A stretch of DNA of 64,000 nucleotides from Selaginella moellendorffii. Taxonomy: Eukaryota > Plantae > Lycopodiophyta. Location of the stretch: contig NW_003314273.1 in the NCBI RefSeq assembly GCF_000143415.4, positions 1,390,601 through 1,454,600 on the forward strand, in the 5' to 3' direction. The notes beneath the pieces are model-generated. The model saw only the letters and a list, made by a program, of their open reading frames with translations. It was not told the origin of the DNA and ran no database searches. Shown here piece by piece: positions 62,711 through 64,000 of the stretch (positions within the stretch are counted from its first letter, which is position 1; each line of letters starts with the position of its first letter). The position numbers and the translations under genes are program-made.

Positions 62711-64000
62711 AGATTTTGAACATCCTATTATGACTTTGAACCTTCATTGTGATAATTGTGTTACTAAAAAATGTTATCACCAACATAGATATATAACATG
62801 AAATAACAGTGTGTTGTAAGGAGCAACACTTATTTTGCTTAATAGTAGTGTTATATGTGCTTAGCATTATTTATTAATAAAATTTATCAATTAGAAGTTT
62901 ATAATTATTTATAAACACAACATTAATCTTATTGTATATCAATCATTAGCTGGTAGAATAAATTAGAGTATACAGGGTGTATTTCGGAAAGTCTATAAAT
63001 TATAAACATATATATAAATATAAATAAAAGAATAATCTTAATGAAAAACAAACCACTCAATAGTAGAATATTCCAAATGTCAAGGTAAATCAACTATCCT
63101 TTTGGTTCACATAAGAAAATAAAATACAGTATAGTATTTATAGTATTTCTTATATATCAAATTCAAAAAATTAAAAATTAAAAGTCTAGAGTTTAAAAAA
63201 TCACAAAAATATTATATTTATTCATAAAATAATATCAACAATCACAAAAATAAATATTTAGGTCCAGAAAAAAATAGGATAGGTTAGTCTAGGTTATTTT
63301 TCATTCAAGAAAGTTAATTTCAATAAAATATATATTCAGTAGAAATTTTAACAGATTGTAATAAATAAAAATCATTATAGTTCTCAAAGAAAATTACAAT
63401 TTGACATATTGCATTTTGATATTAGAATAGAAGTAGAGCTGTCATACCCTTTTTGAGGATATACATTAGTATCTTGTATTATGCTTAAACAAACAGCATC
63501 TATTTCCAAATATTTGAAGCAGTAATATATTATAAAATTTGTAAAATATAAAAAATACAGATTTCTTTGTAAATTTTACATTAATACCAAATCATTGAAG
63601 TTACCACAATCCGTACTAGGTAATTGGTTTTTATATACAAGTGGCTTTACTATATTTTAAAAATAATTAAAATTCCTAAATATTTTCAAATCATTATGTG
63701 GTTATTGTATAATTTCAAACAAGAACTATGTTATATTAAAAAACCTTAATACTTTATCATCAATTAAGTAGCTCATTATGTTATTTTAATTCTTAAAAAA
63801 AGTGGGGTTTCTAGCTCATGATTCATTTATGGGTTTTCTCCTTCATCATGTTATTAAAATAGTGGAGAAAATTTTTAAAACACTATGACTAATAGTGATA
63901 GCCATTCCATAAAGCTTCCATAAAAGTTTGGTATGTATGTTATGATTAATGAGAACTTTCAAAAATAAGATGAATATGAAGTTTATTAAATTACTAAATA

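Overview
Eukaryotic land-plant genomic DNA with two N-gaps (1636-1735, 44529-44628). Introns of about 45-85 bp and an intact flagellar gene (CFAP65) point to a plant with motile sperm, most plausibly a Selaginella-type lycophyte (inference). The only clearly intact host gene is CFAP65 (12.9-18.3 kb). Upstream is a cluster of pseudogene fragments (purple acid phosphatase split across both strands, acyl-activating enzyme, RanGAP, O-fucosyltransferase) next to a Helitron remnant. The rest is nested transposons: an LTR family whose LTRs carry (GGACTCCATCTC)n arrays, Cassandra-like TRIMs with a 5S-derived segment, a probably self-priming chromovirus, and Tat-like, Gypsy and LINE remnants. The most notable element is a ~10.8-kb DNA transposon (38171-48994; 24-bp TIRs, 4-bp TSD GTCA, Sola1-like DDD transposase). 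It carries a divergently oriented multi-exon cargo gene with a C-terminal FCP1-type HAD phosphatase and a possible N-terminal methyltransferase-like segment, plus ~25 dispersed copies of a 22-bp palindrome (ATGGCRTGNGGCCNCAYGCCAT) that I saw only inside it. All family calls come from motifs recognised by eye; no database search was run.
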